A stretch of 64,000 nt of DNA, taken from positions 10,694 through 74,693 of the forward strand of contig JAIOOS010000001.1 in the NCBI GenBank assembly GCA_021414305.1, in the 5' to 3' direction. Source of the DNA: Burkholderiales bacterium (GTDB lineage Bacteria; Pseudomonadota; Gammaproteobacteria; Burkholderiales; Burkholderiaceae_C). Of this stretch, positions 37,511 to 47,300 are shown piece after piece. Within the stretch, counting starts at the first letter, position 1. Every line of letters starts with the position of its first letter. The notes under the pieces are model-generated. The model was given only the letters and a program-made list of their open reading frames with translations, was not told the DNA's origin and did not search any database. The position numbers were made by a program, and so were the translations under genes.

Positions 37511-39108
37511 TGGTGCATCGCGTCATCCCCCTCACCCCAGCCCTCTCCCCCTCCGGGGGCGAGGGAGCAGGAACTCCCTCTCCCGCCGGGGCGGGAGAGG
37601 GCCGGGGTGAGGGTGGCGGCGACGGGCTCGGCTGCCACTCCGGCAAGACGCAGATGCACGCGGCGGCGATGGCCGCCGGCAAGAGCGAGGTGCTCGCCCA
37701 GTACGCGCACGACTACCCCGTCGACGCCAAGGCCGGTCCGCACGACCAGCCGCAGAGCATGTGCCCGGCCTTCGGGTCGCTGCGCGTCGGCCTGCGCATG
37801 CGCCGCACCGCGACCATCCTCTCCGGCTCGGCCTGCTGCGTCTACGGCCTGACCTTCACCTCGCACTTCTACGGCGCGCGGCGCAGCGTCGGCTACGTGC
37901 CGTTCAACTCGGAGACGCTGGTCACCGGCAAGCTGTTCGAGGACATCCGCGACGCCGTTCACAAGCAGGCCGATCCCGCGCACTACGACGCGATCGTCAT
38001 CATCAACCTGTGCGTGCCGACGGCCAGCGGCGTGCCGCTGAAGCTGCTGCCGCGCGAGATCAACGGCGTTCGCATCATCGGCATCGACGTGCCGGGGTTC
38101 GGCGTGCCGACCCACGCCGAGGCCAAGGACGTGCTCGCCGGCGCGATGCTGAAGTACGCGCGCGGCGAGGTCGAGGCCGGCCCGGTGCAGGCACCGAAGA
38201 ACGGCCGCTCCGAGAAGCCCACCGTCACCCTCCTCGGCGAGATGTTCCCGGCCGACCCGATGATCATCGGCGCGATGCTCGAGCCGCTGGGGCTGGCGGC
38301 GGGGCCGGTGGTGCCGACGCGCGAGTGGCGCGAGCTCTATGCGGCGCTCGACGGCTCGGTGCTGGCGGCGATCCATCCCTTCTACACGGCGAGCATCCGC
38401 GAGTTCCAGGCCGCCGGCCGGCCCGTGGTCGGCTCGGCACCGGTGGGCTGCGACGGCACCGAGGCATGGCTGCAGGCGATCGGCACGACCGCCAACGTCG
38501 CGCAGGAGAAGATCGACGCGGCCAAGAACCGCTTCCTGCCCGCGATCCGCGGCGCGCTCGCGAAGATGCCGATCAAAGGTCGCATCACGCTCTCCGGCTA
38601 CGAAGGCTCGGAGCTGCTGGTCGGCCGCCTGATGGTCGAAAGCGGCGCCGATCTGCGCTATGTCGGCACCGCCTGCCCGAAGACAGCCTGGAGCGACACC
38701 GACCGGCAGTGGCTCGAGGCGAAGGGCGTACACGTCCAGTACCGCGCTTCGCTCGAGCAGGACCTGGCGGCGATGCGCGAGTGGCAACCCGACCTCGCGA
38801 TCGGCACCACGCCCGTCGTGCAGGCCGCCAAGCAGGCCTCCATTCCGGCGCTGTATTTCACGAACCTGATCTCCGCCCGGCCCCTGATGGGCCCGGCCGG
38901 CGCCGGCTCGCTGGCGCAGGTGATCAACGGGGCGATCGGCAACAAGGCCCGGTTCGACGCGATGAGCGAGTTCTTCGGCGGCGCCGGCAAGGACCACGCC
39001 GCCGGCGTCTGGGAAGCGACGCCGAAGGACCGCCCCGAATTCAAGGCCGAAACGCGCCGCCAGATGGAAAAGCTGGCCAAGAAGCGCAAAGCCGAACAGA
39101 TGATCTGA
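37510..39108 (+). CDS. bchY: Chlorophyllide a reductase subunit Y
   Basis: [56 protein letters not shown]; GC-rich repeat near the N-terminus. Confidence 0.96.
   Translation: MVHRVIPLTPALSPSGGEGAGTPSPAGAGEGRGEGGGDGLGCHSGKTQMHAAAMAAGKSEVLAQYAHDYPVDAKAGPHDQPQSMCPAFGSLRVGLRMRRTATILSGSACCVYGLTFTSHFYGARRSVGYVPFNSETLVTGKLFEDIRDAVHKQADPAHYDAIVIINLCVPTASGVPLKLLPREINGVRIIGIDVPGFGVPTHAEAKDVLAGAMLKYARGEVEAGPVQAPKNGRSEKPTVTLLGEMFPADPMIIGAMLEPLGLAAGPVVPTREWRELYAALDGSVLAAIHPFYTASIREFQAAGRPVVGSAPVGCDGTEAWLQAIGTTANVAQEKIDAAKNRFLPAIRGALAKMPIKGRITLSGYEGSELLVGRLMVESGADLRYVGTACPKTAWSDTDRQWLEAKGVHVQYRASLEQDLAAMREWQPDLAIGTTPVVQAAKQASIPALYFTNLISARPLMGPAGAGSLAQVINGAIGNKARFDAMSEFFGGAGKDHAAGVWEATPKDRPEFKAETRRQMEKLAKKRKAEQMI
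37529..37613. repeat. 85-bp cruciform palindromic element (copy A) inside the 5' end of bchY
   Basis: Terminal inverted arms CCCTCACCCCAGCCCTCTCCC / GGGAGAGGGCCGGGGTGAGGG (20/21) plus two internal CCCTCTCCC...GGG(A/C)GAGGG hairpins. Confidence 0.85.
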
Positions 39109-39122
39109 AGGCCACTGCGCAC

Positions 39123-40601
39123 ATGTTCGTCATCGACCACGATCGCGCCGGCGGCTACTGGGGAGCCGTCTACGTGTTCACCGCGATCAAGGGCCTGCAG
39201 GTCGTGATCGACGGCCCGGTCGGCTGCGAGAACCTGCCGGTGACCTCGGTGCTGCACTACACCGACGCGCTGCCGCCGCACGAGCTGCCGATCGTCGTCA
39301 CCGGCCTGGCCGAGGAGCAGCTCGGCCGCGAGGGCACCGAAGGGGCGATGAAGCGGGCCCACGCGGTGCTCGATCCGGACCTGCCCTCGGTCGTCGTCAC
39401 CGGCTCGATCGCCGAGATGATCGGCGGCGGCGTCACGCCGCAGGGCACCAACATCCAGCGCTTCCTGCCGCGCACCATCGACGAAGACCAGTGGCAGTGC
39501 GCCAACCGGGCGATGTTCTGGCTCTGGTCGGAGTACGGCCTGCGCAAGGTGCCGCAGAGGAAACCCTTCGCCGATCGACCCGCCGGCGAGAAGCCGCGCG
39601 TCAACATCATCGGCCCGTGCTACGGCACCTTCAACATGCCGAGCGACCTGGCCGAGATCCGCCGCCTGGTGCAGGGCATCGGCGCGGAAGTGAACATGGT
39701 GTTCCCGCTCGGCTCGCACCTGGCCGACGTGTCGCGCCTGGTCGAGGCCGACGTGAACATCTGCATGTACCGCGAGTACGGCCGGATGCTGTGCGAGGCG
39801 CTCGAGCGCCCGTACCTGCAGGCGCCGATCGGCCTGCACTCGACGACCAAGTTCCTGCGCTCACTGGGCAACTTGCTGCAACTCGACCCCGAGCCCTTCC
39901 TCGAGCGCGAGAAGCACACCACGACCAAACCGATCTGGGATCTGTGGCGCTCCGTGACGCAGGATTTTTTCGGCACGGCCAGCTTTGCCGTCGTCGCCAG
40001 CGAAACCTATACGCGGGGGCTGCGCCACTTCCTCGAGGAAGAGATGGGCCTGCCCTGCAACTTCGCCGTGCCGCGCCTGGCCGGGCAGAAGACCGACAAC
40101 GAGGCGATCCGCGCCCTCTGCCGCGAGAAGCAGCCGCTCGTGATGTTCGGCAGCTACAACGAGCGCATGTACCTGGCCGAGACGGCCGGCACGTCGATGA
40201 TGCGGCCGACCTTCATCCCGGCGTCGTTTCCGGGGGCGATCATCCGCCGCCACACCGGCACGCCCTTCATGGGCTACGCCGGCGCCACCTACGTCATCCA
40301 GGAATTCTGCAACGCCCTGTTCGACGCGCTGTTCCATATCCTGCCGCTCGGCACCGAGCTCGACAAGGTCGACCCGACCCCAGCCCGGCTCGCCGACGAG
40401 CCCGCCCGGGCCTGGGACGACGAAGCGCAGGCGCTGCTCTCGGAGTTCGTTCAGACCGAGCCGGTGCTCGTGCAGATCTCCGCCGCCAAGCGGCTTCGCG
40501 ACCGCGCCGAGCGCGACGCCAGGCGCGCTGGCGAGGAACGCGTCACCGCGGCACGCGTGGCGCGCTCGCGCGATGCCCTGCGCCAGGGGGAGCCGGCATG
40601 A
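39123..40601 (+). CDS. bchZ: Chlorophyllide a reductase subunit Z
   Basis: [44 protein letters not shown]-terminal PCP_red-like WDDEA...[14 protein letters not shown]. Confidence 0.96.
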   Translation: MFVIDHDRAGGYWGAVYVFTAIKGLQVVIDGPVGCENLPVTSVLHYTDALPPHELPIVVTGLAEEQLGREGTEGAMKRAHAVLDPDLPSVVVTGSIAEMIGGGVTPQGTNIQRFLPRTIDEDQWQCANRAMFWLWSEYGLRKVPQRKPFADRPAGEKPRVNIIGPCYGTFNMPSDLAEIRRLVQGIGAEVNMVFPLGSHLADVSRLVEADVNICMYREYGRMLCEALERPYLQAPIGLHSTTKFLRSLGNLLQLDPEPFLEREKHTTTKPIWDLWRSVTQDFFGTASFAVVASETYTRGLRHFLEEEMGLPCNFAVPRLAGQKTDNEAIRALCREKQPLVMFGSYNERMYLAETAGTSMMRPTFIPASFPGAIIRRHTGTPFMGYAGATYVIQEFCNALFDALFHILPLGTELDKVDPTPARLADEPARAWDDEAQALLSEFVQTEPVLVQISAAKRLRDRAERDARRAGEERVTAARVARSRDALRQGEPA

Positions 40602-40736
40602 ACCGGCCGTCGGATCGAATCGCTCGCGCCACGCGAGCACCCAGCTTGCCGGAGCGGCTCGTCCGCCCCGGCCGGTCCATTCGCGCGGGAGACGCGCGGT
40701 CCCGGCCGCGAGGCCTAACGAAGAGGAGTCATTCCT

Positions 40737-40886
40737 ATGCTTGAAGAGAGAAGGGGCTCGCTGTCCGGGCTCACGGAACAGGAAGCGAAAGAGTTTCATG
40801 GCATTTTCATCACGAGCTTCATCGTGTTCACGATCATCGCCATCGTCGCTCACGTCCTGGTCTGGAACTGGCGGCCCTGGCTGTAG
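40737..40886 (+). CDS. pufB: LH1 antenna beta polypeptide (49 aa, below the ORF-track cutoff)
   Basis: Translated by hand: [49 protein letters not shown]; GAGGAG RBS. Confidence 0.96.
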   Translation: MLEERRGSLSGLTEQEAKEFHGIFITSFIVFTIIAIVAHVLVWNWRPWL

Positions 40887-40907
40887 CGGCGCGCCCGAGG
40901 CACTGCA

Positions 40908-41132
40908 ATGGCTGACATGACGAGCGTCGCACCGCACGACCTGAAGAAGAGCGACACCGTCGCCTTCGTCGGGATCTTCGTCGCGAGTTTCGTCCTGTTC
41001 CTGGCAATCGCACTTTTCGCTCAGCTTCTGAGATGGGAATGGCGTGCCTGGTTGCCGGGGGCCGAGGGCGAGAAATCGTTGATCCATGGCGTGAAGTCTG
41101 CGGTCTACACCTTCATGTCCAACCTCACCTAG
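40908..41132 (+). CDS. Divergent LH1 beta-like polypeptide with His39 replaced by Gln and a 25-aa C-terminal extension
   Basis: Ungapped alignment to PufB, 17/38 identical over residues 12-49, W.WR.WL kept; GAGG RBS. Confidence 0.8.
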   Translation: MADMTSVAPHDLKKSDTVAFVGIFVASFVLFLAIALFAQLLRWEWRAWLPGAEGEKSLIHGVKSAVYTFMSNLT

Positions 41133-41144
41133 GAGAGCTGACCC

Positions 41145-41339
41145 ATGTGGAGAATCTGGTTGCTATTCGATCCGCGCAGAGCGCTGGTCGCCTTGTTCAC
41201 GTTCCTGTTCGCGCTCGCGCTGCTGATCCATTTCATCCTGCTCAGCACCGACCGCTTCAACTGGCTCGACGGCCCGCACAAGGCGCGCGCCGCAGCGACG
41301 GCGGCGATGCCGGCGGCGATGCCGGCACCGACGAAATAA
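41145..41339 (+). CDS. pufA: LH1 antenna alpha polypeptide
   Basis: [17 protein letters not shown]...[17 protein letters not shown]. Confidence 0.97.
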   Translation: MWRIWLLFDPRRALVALFTFLFALALLIHFILLSTDRFNWLDGPHKARAAATAAMPAAMPAPTK

Positions 41340-41362
41340 CGAGCGCATCGAAGAGAAAGAAA

Positions 41363-41409
41363 GTGAAGGCAGACCTGGCGCGGGCGCAGCCCGGCAGGTC
41401 GGCTTTCAC
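41363..41409 (+). other. pufA-pufL intercistronic stem-loop
   Basis: GTGAAGGC-A-GACCTG...CAGGTC-G-GCTTTCAC long imperfect hairpin. Confidence 0.7.
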
Positions 41410-41472
41410 CGAATCGGGCGCGGCACCGTCGCGCCGCAGAGAACCGAGGGTCCCTGATCGGGGGAATCGACC

Positions 41473-42297
41473 ATGGCCATGCTGAGCTTCGAGAGGAAAT
41501 ACCGCGTTCGCGGCGGCACGCTGATCGGCGGCGATCTGTTCGACTTCTGGGTCGGCCCGTTCTTCGTCGGCTTCTTCGGCGTCACCACGGCCTTCTTCGC
41601 CTCGATAGGCACGCTGCTCATCGTCTGGGGCGCGTCGCAGGGCCCGACCTGGAATCTCTGGCAGATCTCGATCGCGCCCCCCGACCTTTCCTACGGCCTC
41701 GGCATGGCGCCGCTGCTCAAGGGCGGCCTCTGGCAGCTGATCACGATCTGCGCGATCGGCTCGTTCGTTTCCTGGATGCTGCGCGAGGTGGAGATCTGCC
41801 GCAAGCTCGGCATCGGCTACCACGTGCCCTTCGCCTTCGGCGTCGCGATCTTCGCGTACGTCTCGCTGGTGGTGATCCGGCCGCTGCTGATGGGCGCCTG
41901 GGGACACGGCTTTCCGTACGGGATCATGAGTCACCTCGACTGGGTCTCGAACACCGGCTACCAGTACCTGCACTTCCACTACAACCCCGCGCACATGATC
42001 GCGGTGAGCTTCTTCTTCGCCACCGTGTTCGCGCTCTCGCTGCACGGCGCGCTGATCCTCTCTTCCACCAACCCGGCGCGTGGCGAGACGGTGAAGACGG
42101 TCGAGCACGAGAACACCTTCTTCCGCGACACGATCGGCTATTCGATCGGCACGCTCGGCATCCACCGGCTCGGGCTGTTCCTGGCGCTTTCGGCGGCGTT
42201 CTGGAGCGCGATCTGCATCATTCTCAGCGGCCCGTTCTGGACCCGTGGCTGGCCCGAGTGGTGGAGCTGGTGGCTCAACCTGCCCGTGTGGCGCTGA
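41473..42297 (+). CDS. pufL: Reaction centre L subunit
   Basis: [47 protein letters not shown]. Confidence 0.98.
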   Translation: MAMLSFERKYRVRGGTLIGGDLFDFWVGPFFVGFFGVTTAFFASIGTLLIVWGASQGPTWNLWQISIAPPDLSYGLGMAPLLKGGLWQLITICAIGSFVSWMLREVEICRKLGIGYHVPFAFGVAIFAYVSLVVIRPLLMGAWGHGFPYGIMSHLDWVSNTGYQYLHFHYNPAHMIAVSFFFATVFALSLHGALILSSTNPARGETVKTVEHENTFFRDTIGYSIGTLGIHRLGLFLALSAAFWSAICIILSGPFWTRGWPEWWSWWLNLPVWR

Positions 42298-42340
42298 CCG
42301 GTTGCTGATCCGGCCCTGACAAGAACGAGGAGACGGCGAG

Positions 42341-43321
42341 ATGGCGCTCGAGTACCAGAATCTGTTCACGACGGTGCAGGCCGTCTCCCCCGCCTATGCC
42401 GGCGTGCCGCTCGGGCGCGACCAGGCCGAGCGGACCCGCGGCACCGGCCACGTGCACCTGCTCGGCCGGATCGGCGACGCGCAGCTCGGGCCGATCTACC
42501 TCGGCTTCTTCGGCGTCGCCTCGCTGCTCTGCGGCTTCATCTGCATCGAGATCATCGGTCTCAACATGCTGGCCTCGGTGAACTGGGACCCGGTGCAGTT
42601 CATCCGCCAGCTCCCCTGGCTGGCGCTGGAGCCGCCGCCGGCCAAGTACGGCCTGTCGATACCGCCGCTCAACGAGGGCGGCTGGTGGCGCATCGCCGGC
42701 TTCTTCCTCACCTGCTCGGTGCTGTTCTGGTGGGTGCGCATGTACCGCAGGGCGCGGGCGCTCGGCATGGGCACGCACGTCGCCTGGGCCTTCGCCGCGG
42801 CGATCTGGCTGATGCTCGTGCTCGGCTTCATCCGGCCGCTGCTGATGGGCAACTTCGCCGAGGCCGTGCCGTTCGGGATCTTCCCGCACCTCGACTGGAC
42901 CGCCGCGTTCTCGATCCGCTACGGCAACCTCTTCTACAACCCTTTCCACATGCTCTCGATCGCGTTCCTCTACGGCGCGACGCTGCTGTTCGCGATGCAC
43001 GGCGCGACCATCCTCGCGGTCAGCCGGTTCGGCGGCGAGCGCGAGATCGAGCAGATCGTCGATCGCGGCACCGCCTCCGAGCGGGCGGCCCTCTTCTGGC
43101 GCTGGACCATGGGCTTCAACGCGACCATGGAATCGATCCACCGCTGGGCCTGGTGGTTCGCCGTGCTCTGCCCGCTGTGCGGCGGCATCGGCATCCTGCT
43201 CACCGGCACGGTGGTCGACAACTGGTATCTGTGGGCGGTGAAGCACCACATCGCGCCGATGTACCCCTCGGTCTTTCCGGCGGTCGTCGATCCTTCGCTG
43301 CTCCAGGGAGCCAAGCCATGA
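42341..43321 (+). CDS. pufM: Reaction centre M subunit
   Basis: [61 protein letters not shown]. Confidence 0.98.
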   Translation: MALEYQNLFTTVQAVSPAYAGVPLGRDQAERTRGTGHVHLLGRIGDAQLGPIYLGFFGVASLLCGFICIEIIGLNMLASVNWDPVQFIRQLPWLALEPPPAKYGLSIPPLNEGGWWRIAGFFLTCSVLFWWVRMYRRARALGMGTHVAWAFAAAIWLMLVLGFIRPLLMGNFAEAVPFGIFPHLDWTAAFSIRYGNLFYNPFHMLSIAFLYGATLLFAMHGATILAVSRFGGEREIEQIVDRGTASERAALFWRWTMGFNATMESIHRWAWWFAVLCPLCGGIGILLTGTVVDNWYLWAVKHHIAPMYPSVFPAVVDPSLLQGAKP

Positions 43322-44364
43322 GCAATCGCATCAACGGGCTCGCGATCGTCGCCGCGGTCGCGGGCGCGGCGCTGCTCTCGGCCTGCGAGCCGCCGCCGGT
43401 GAACAGCGTGCAGCGCGGCTATCGCGGCACCGGCATGGTCGAGGTCTACCGTCCGGCCGCGGTGGCCGCGGCGGCCACCCTCAACGCGCCGCCGGCGCCC
43501 TCGGCCGCGGCCTCGCCCGACGGCCCGCGCGCCTCGCAGGTGTTCAAGAACGTGAAGGTGCTCGGCGACCTGAGCGCCGGCGAGTTCGCCCAGATCATGG
43601 TCGACATGACCGCCTGGGTGGCGCCGCAGCAGGGCTGCACCTACTGCCACGCCGCGACCGACTTCGCCGACGACTCGCTCTACACCAAGGTCGTCTCGCG
43701 GCGCATGCTGCAGATGACGCAGCACATCAACGCCGACTGGAAGACGCACGTCGCCGAGACCGGAGTCACCTGCTACACCTGCCATCGCGGCAACAACGTG
43801 CCGGCCAACGTATGGTTCCGCTCCGCCGAGGCGGCGAAGATGCCGGGCATGCTCGGCAACAAGGCCGGGCAGAACGCGCCGGCGGTGCAGGTGGGCCTGA
43901 CCTCGCTACCGAACGATCCGTTCTCCAGCTTCATTGGCGCGAACGAGGAGATCCGCGTCGTCGCGCCCGCTGCCTTGCCGACCAAGGGCGACCACCCGTC
44001 GATGATCAAGCAGACCGAGGCGACCTACGGCCTGATGATGCACATGTCGAAATCGCTCGGCGTCAACTGCACCTACTGCCACAACACGCGCTCGTTCGCG
44101 TCGTGGGACTCGAGCACGCCGCAGCGGGCGACCGCGTACTACGGCATCCGCATGACCCGCGACCTGAACAGCGCCTACCTCGCCCCGCTCGCCGGCGTGT
44201 TTCCGGCGAACCGGCTGGGACCCACCGGCGACGTGCCGAAGCTCAACTGCGCCACTTGCCACCAGGGCGCGTACAAGCCGCTCTACGGCGCCGACATCCT
44301 CAAGGGCCATCCCGGCCTGACGGGCGGCGTGAAGGTTGCGGCAGCCGCCAGCGCGCCGGGCTGA
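43318..44364 (+). CDS. pufC: RC-bound tetraheme cytochrome c subunit (lipoprotein)
   Basis: Lipobox LLSAC; QRGYRGTGM; four CxxCH motifs (CTYCH, CYTCH, CTYCH, CATCH). Confidence 0.97.
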   Translation: MSNRINGLAIVAAVAGAALLSACEPPPVNSVQRGYRGTGMVEVYRPAAVAAAATLNAPPAPSAAASPDGPRASQVFKNVKVLGDLSAGEFAQIMVDMTAWVAPQQGCTYCHAATDFADDSLYTKVVSRRMLQMTQHINADWKTHVAETGVTCYTCHRGNNVPANVWFRSAEAAKMPGMLGNKAGQNAPAVQVGLTSLPNDPFSSFIGANEEIRVVAPAALPTKGDHPSMIKQTEATYGLMMHMSKSLGVNCTYCHNTRSFASWDSSTPQRATAYYGIRMTRDLNSAYLAPLAGVFPANRLGPTGDVPKLNCATCHQGAYKPLYGADILKGHPGLTGGVKVAAAASAPG

Positions 44365-44429
44365 GAGCGGAGAGCGGAGCCCCGGCCGAGTCCTTATGAT
44401 CGGCCGATGCAAGTTCCACGGCGGCAAGC

Positions 44430-45077
44430 GTGAGTTCGCGCCTTGCCGAACGCCTTCGGGCCGAGACGCGGGAGCTGCATACGCTCGCCGAGCGCAGCCC
44501 CTTCATGTCGACGCTCCTGCGCGGCCGGATGGACCGCAGCGCCTACGTCGCGCTGCTGCGCAACCTGCAGGCGATCTACGCGGCGCTCGAGCCGGCGTTG
44601 CGTAGGCATGCCGCGCACCCGGCCCTCGCGGCGTTGCACGATCCGGCCCTGGCCCGCAGCGAATCGCTGCGCGACGACCTCGCTGTCGTCGACTCCGGCG
44701 CGCGCGCCGATGACCCGGTCCAGCCGGCGACGCTTCGTTATGTGGAGCGATTGCGCGAGCTCGATGCCGAACGTCCCGAGTTGCTGCTCGCGCATGCCTA
44801 CGTTCGCTACCTCGGCGACCTGAGCGGGGGGCAGTTGCTGAGCGGCATCGTCGCCCGCAGCCTGGGCCTTCCGTCGGGCCGCGGTGTTGCCTTCTACGAT
44901 TTCGGCGACGCCGACGCCACGGCAGCGCTCGCCGGAACGTTTCGCCACGGCCTGGCCACCGCGGTGATCGACGACGAGGACGCGGTCGTCGCCGAGGCCC
45001 GGCTCGCCTTCGAATGGCACCGCCGCTTGTTCGAGGAGCTCGCCGCGGCCCACGGGCTCGCGACCGACGCGGCCTAG
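44430..45077 (+). CDS. bphO: Biliverdin-producing heme oxygenase (BphO/HemO type)
   Basis: LRAETRELH..AE (proximal His), AHAYVRYLGDLSGGQ, FYDF, EARLAF; convergent with the phytochrome gene. Confidence 0.92.
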   Translation: MSSRLAERLRAETRELHTLAERSPFMSTLLRGRMDRSAYVALLRNLQAIYAALEPALRRHAAHPALAALHDPALARSESLRDDLAVVDSGARADDPVQPATLRYVERLRELDAERPELLLAHAYVRYLGDLSGGQLLSGIVARSLGLPSGRGVAFYDFGDADATAALAGTFRHGLATAVIDDEDAVVAEARLAFEWHRRLFEELAAAHGLATDAA

Positions 45078-45095
45078 GCGGCAGCCGCCCGCGGC

Positions 45096-47300
45096 TCAGC
45101 CGCCGAAGCTGCGGATTCGCGCGTAGAGCATGGTCGCGCGCCGGGTCGAGGCCTCGACCTCTTCGAGCAGCGGCGCCACCGAAGGCTCGCTGCTGCCGTC
45201 GGCGATATCCATCGCAGCCAGGCTGGCGTTGGCGAGGATCGCCGCCATCAGGTCGCCATGCGCGCCCGGGCCGCCGCCGCGTGTCTCGGGGCGTACCTCG
45301 TCGTCGCCCGCCTGCGTCAGCGACTGCTCGAGGTGACGGCGTGCCTCGGCGACCCGGTGGCTGTCGGTCAGGTCGACGAGGATGACGAAGAAGCCGAGCA
45401 CCGAGCCGTCGCGCGCCGCGACCAGCTCGGTGCGCACCGCCACCGGCAAGGTGCCGCCGGCCACGAGATGCAGGGCCATCTCGCCGCGCCAGGATCGGCG
45501 GTCGTCGGCGACGGCGCGCAGAACGCGGCGCATCTGCTCGGGCGCCTCGAACAGGTCCGCCAGCTCGCCCTTGGCGAGCATGTCCAGGGTGCTCGTCCTT
45601 CCGCCGGCGATGCCGGTGCGCCGCAGCGCCGCGAAAGCGTCGTTGGCGAACAGCGTGTGGCCCTGCACGTCGGCGATGACGACCGGCTCCTTCGAGCTGC
45701 CGATCAGGGCGCGGATGTGGCTGAGCTGATGCTCGGCGATGAGGAGCCGCACCGCGTTGATCTGGACGATGATGTCGATCAGCGAATTGCCGAAGGCCCG
45801 GCCGAGGGCGATCTCGCTCCCGGTCCAGGGCAGCGCGGTGCCGCGCACGATCTCCGACCAGGCGGCGAACGAGCGCCGCGGGGAGAGCTCGAGCGGATCG
45901 TTGCCGACCACCGGCTTGGAAGGGTCGCCGGCCCAGGTCACGGTCAGGAGTTGTTCCTTGCGGAACCAGAGCAGGTAGTCGGGCCGCGAGGCCGAGAGCT
46001 TGACCGCGAGCACGCCGCTCGCCGTCGGGGTGAGCGAATCGAGCGCCGGGTTGGCGCGCGACACCGAGTTGCAGCTGAACAGGCCATCGACGCCCTGCGG
46101 CTCGATCCATTGCAGAAGCGCGCGCAGCTCGGCCGTGGAGGGCACCTCGCCCGCGGTGAGAAGCTCGCCGTCGTGGAACAGGGCCGCGCCGGTGGCCTCG
46201 AGCGGCTGCAGCAGGTTGCGCGGATTGCGGAACAGCGCGAGCCGCCAGTCGCCCTCGGTCGAGGTCGCCTCGACCAGCCGCTGCTCGAGGCGACGCACCT
46301 GGATCGCGCCCTGGGCATGCGCGTAGTTCTCGATCGCCGCGATGCGCGTGGAGACCACCTCGGCCAGGAGGTCGGCCGCGGAACGGACCGAGAAGCGGAG
46401 GTTGCGCGCCGAGTAGTGGTGGCAGGCGATGAGGCCCCACAGGCGCCCTTCGCGGACCAGCGAGACCACGAGGGTCGCCGTCACGCCCATGTTCTTCAGG
46501 TACTGCAGGTGCAGCGGCGACATGCTGCGCAGGTAGCACATCGACATGTCGAGCTCGTCGGCGCTGCCGGGAACGAGCCGCGGCTGCAGCAGCGCCGGCT
46601 GGTAGTGGACGTCGACGAGCACGCGCAGGCGGTTGCGCAGGTAGAGCTCGCGCGCCCGCTGCGGGATGTCGGAGGCCGGGTAGTGGTGACCGAGCAGCGA
46701 CTCGAGGCGGGGATCGCGCGCCTCGGCGATGATCTTGCCGTGACCGTCGGGGTCGAACTTGTAGACCATGACCCGGTCGTAGCCGAGCATGTCGCGGAAG
46801 GTGCGGACCACGGCATCGGCGAGCTGGCCGATCGACGTGGCGGCGCTGAAGCGCTGGACCGCGTCGCTGAGCGCCTCGGTCAGCGCCGCCGGGCCGATGC
46901 TCACGGTCTCGACGGCGGCCCCGGCCGGAGCGATCGGCTCGATCTCGGCGAGCAGCAGGTCGGCACGCACGCGATGCACCGTTCCCTCGAACTCGCGCAA
47001 TTCGCCGCCAACGCGCAGGCTGCAATGCAGGGGCGCCGGCTCGGCCAGGTCGGGCGACAGGGCGAGGGTGCGCAGGCGCGCGTCGATGTCGCCGCCCAGC
47101 TCGACCAGCGGTTGCCGGAGCAGGCTCTCCACCGCCAGGCCGAGCAGCGCGGGGGCATTGGCGCTGACCTGGACGATGCGCAGCGCCGGTTCCTGGATTG
47201 CCAGCAGCAGCCCGTGCGGTTGCACCGAGCCGGCCAGATGGATCAGCTCACGTTCGCAATTGCTGAGATCGGCCTGGCCGAACGGCGGGCTGCTGAGCAC
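45096..47300 (-). CDS. bphP: Bacteriophytochrome, BphP1 type (PAS-GAF-PHY-PAS-HOS, no histidine kinase)
   Basis: N-terminal Cys (CERELIHLAGSVQPHG), YPASDIP, MSPLHLQYLKNMGV, LWGLIACHH, PRRSF tongue; C-terminal PAS and helical HOS-like tail. Confidence 0.93.
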   Translation of the reverse strand: MLSSPPFGQADLSNCERELIHLAGSVQPHGLLLAIQEPALRIVQVSANAPALLGLAVESLLRQPLVELGGDIDARLRTLALSPDLAEPAPLHCSLRVGGELREFEGTVHRVRADLLLAEIEPIAPAGAAVETVSIGPAALTEALSDAVQRFSAATSIGQLADAVVRTFRDMLGYDRVMVYKFDPDGHGKIIAEARDPRLESLLGHHYPASDIPQRARELYLRNRLRVLVDVHYQPALLQPRLVPGSADELDMSMCYLRSMSPLHLQYLKNMGVTATLVVSLVREGRLWGLIACHHYSARNLRFSVRSAADLLAEVVSTRIAAIENYAHAQGAIQVRRLEQRLVEATSTEGDWRLALFRNPRNLLQPLEATGAALFHDGELLTAGEVPSTAELRALLQWIEPQGVDGLFSCNSVSRANPALDSLTPTASGVLAVKLSASRPDYLLWFRKEQLLTVTWAGDPSKPVVGNDPLELSPRRSFAAWSEIVRGTALPWTGSEIALGRAFGNSLIDIIVQINAVRLLIAEHQLSHIRALIGSSKEPVVIADVQGHTLFANDAFAALRRTGIAGGRTSTLDMLAKGELADLFEAPEQMRRVLRAVADDRRSWRGEMALHLVAGGTLPVAVRTELVAARDGSVLGFFVILVDLTDSHRVAEARRHLEQSLTQAGDDEVRPETRGGGPGAHGDLMAAILANASLAAMDIADGSSEPSVAPLLEEVEASTRRATMLYARIRSFGG

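Noticed and set aside
36494-40601. NifH/NifDK-like genes suggesting nitrogenase (also 54833-62486)
   Set aside because: Motifs and context identify them as BchXYZ (COR) and BchLNB (DPOR)
40908-41132. Calling the pufB-pufA ORF pufQ or pufX
   Set aside because: It is in the wrong position for either, and its direct ungapped similarity to PufB is a better explanation; a distant PufQ relationship was not excluded
44383-44406. CGGCCGA...TCGGCCG inverted repeat after pufC as a terminator
   Set aside because: Only a 7-bp stem with a 10-nt loop and no U-tract; expected by chance at this GC content
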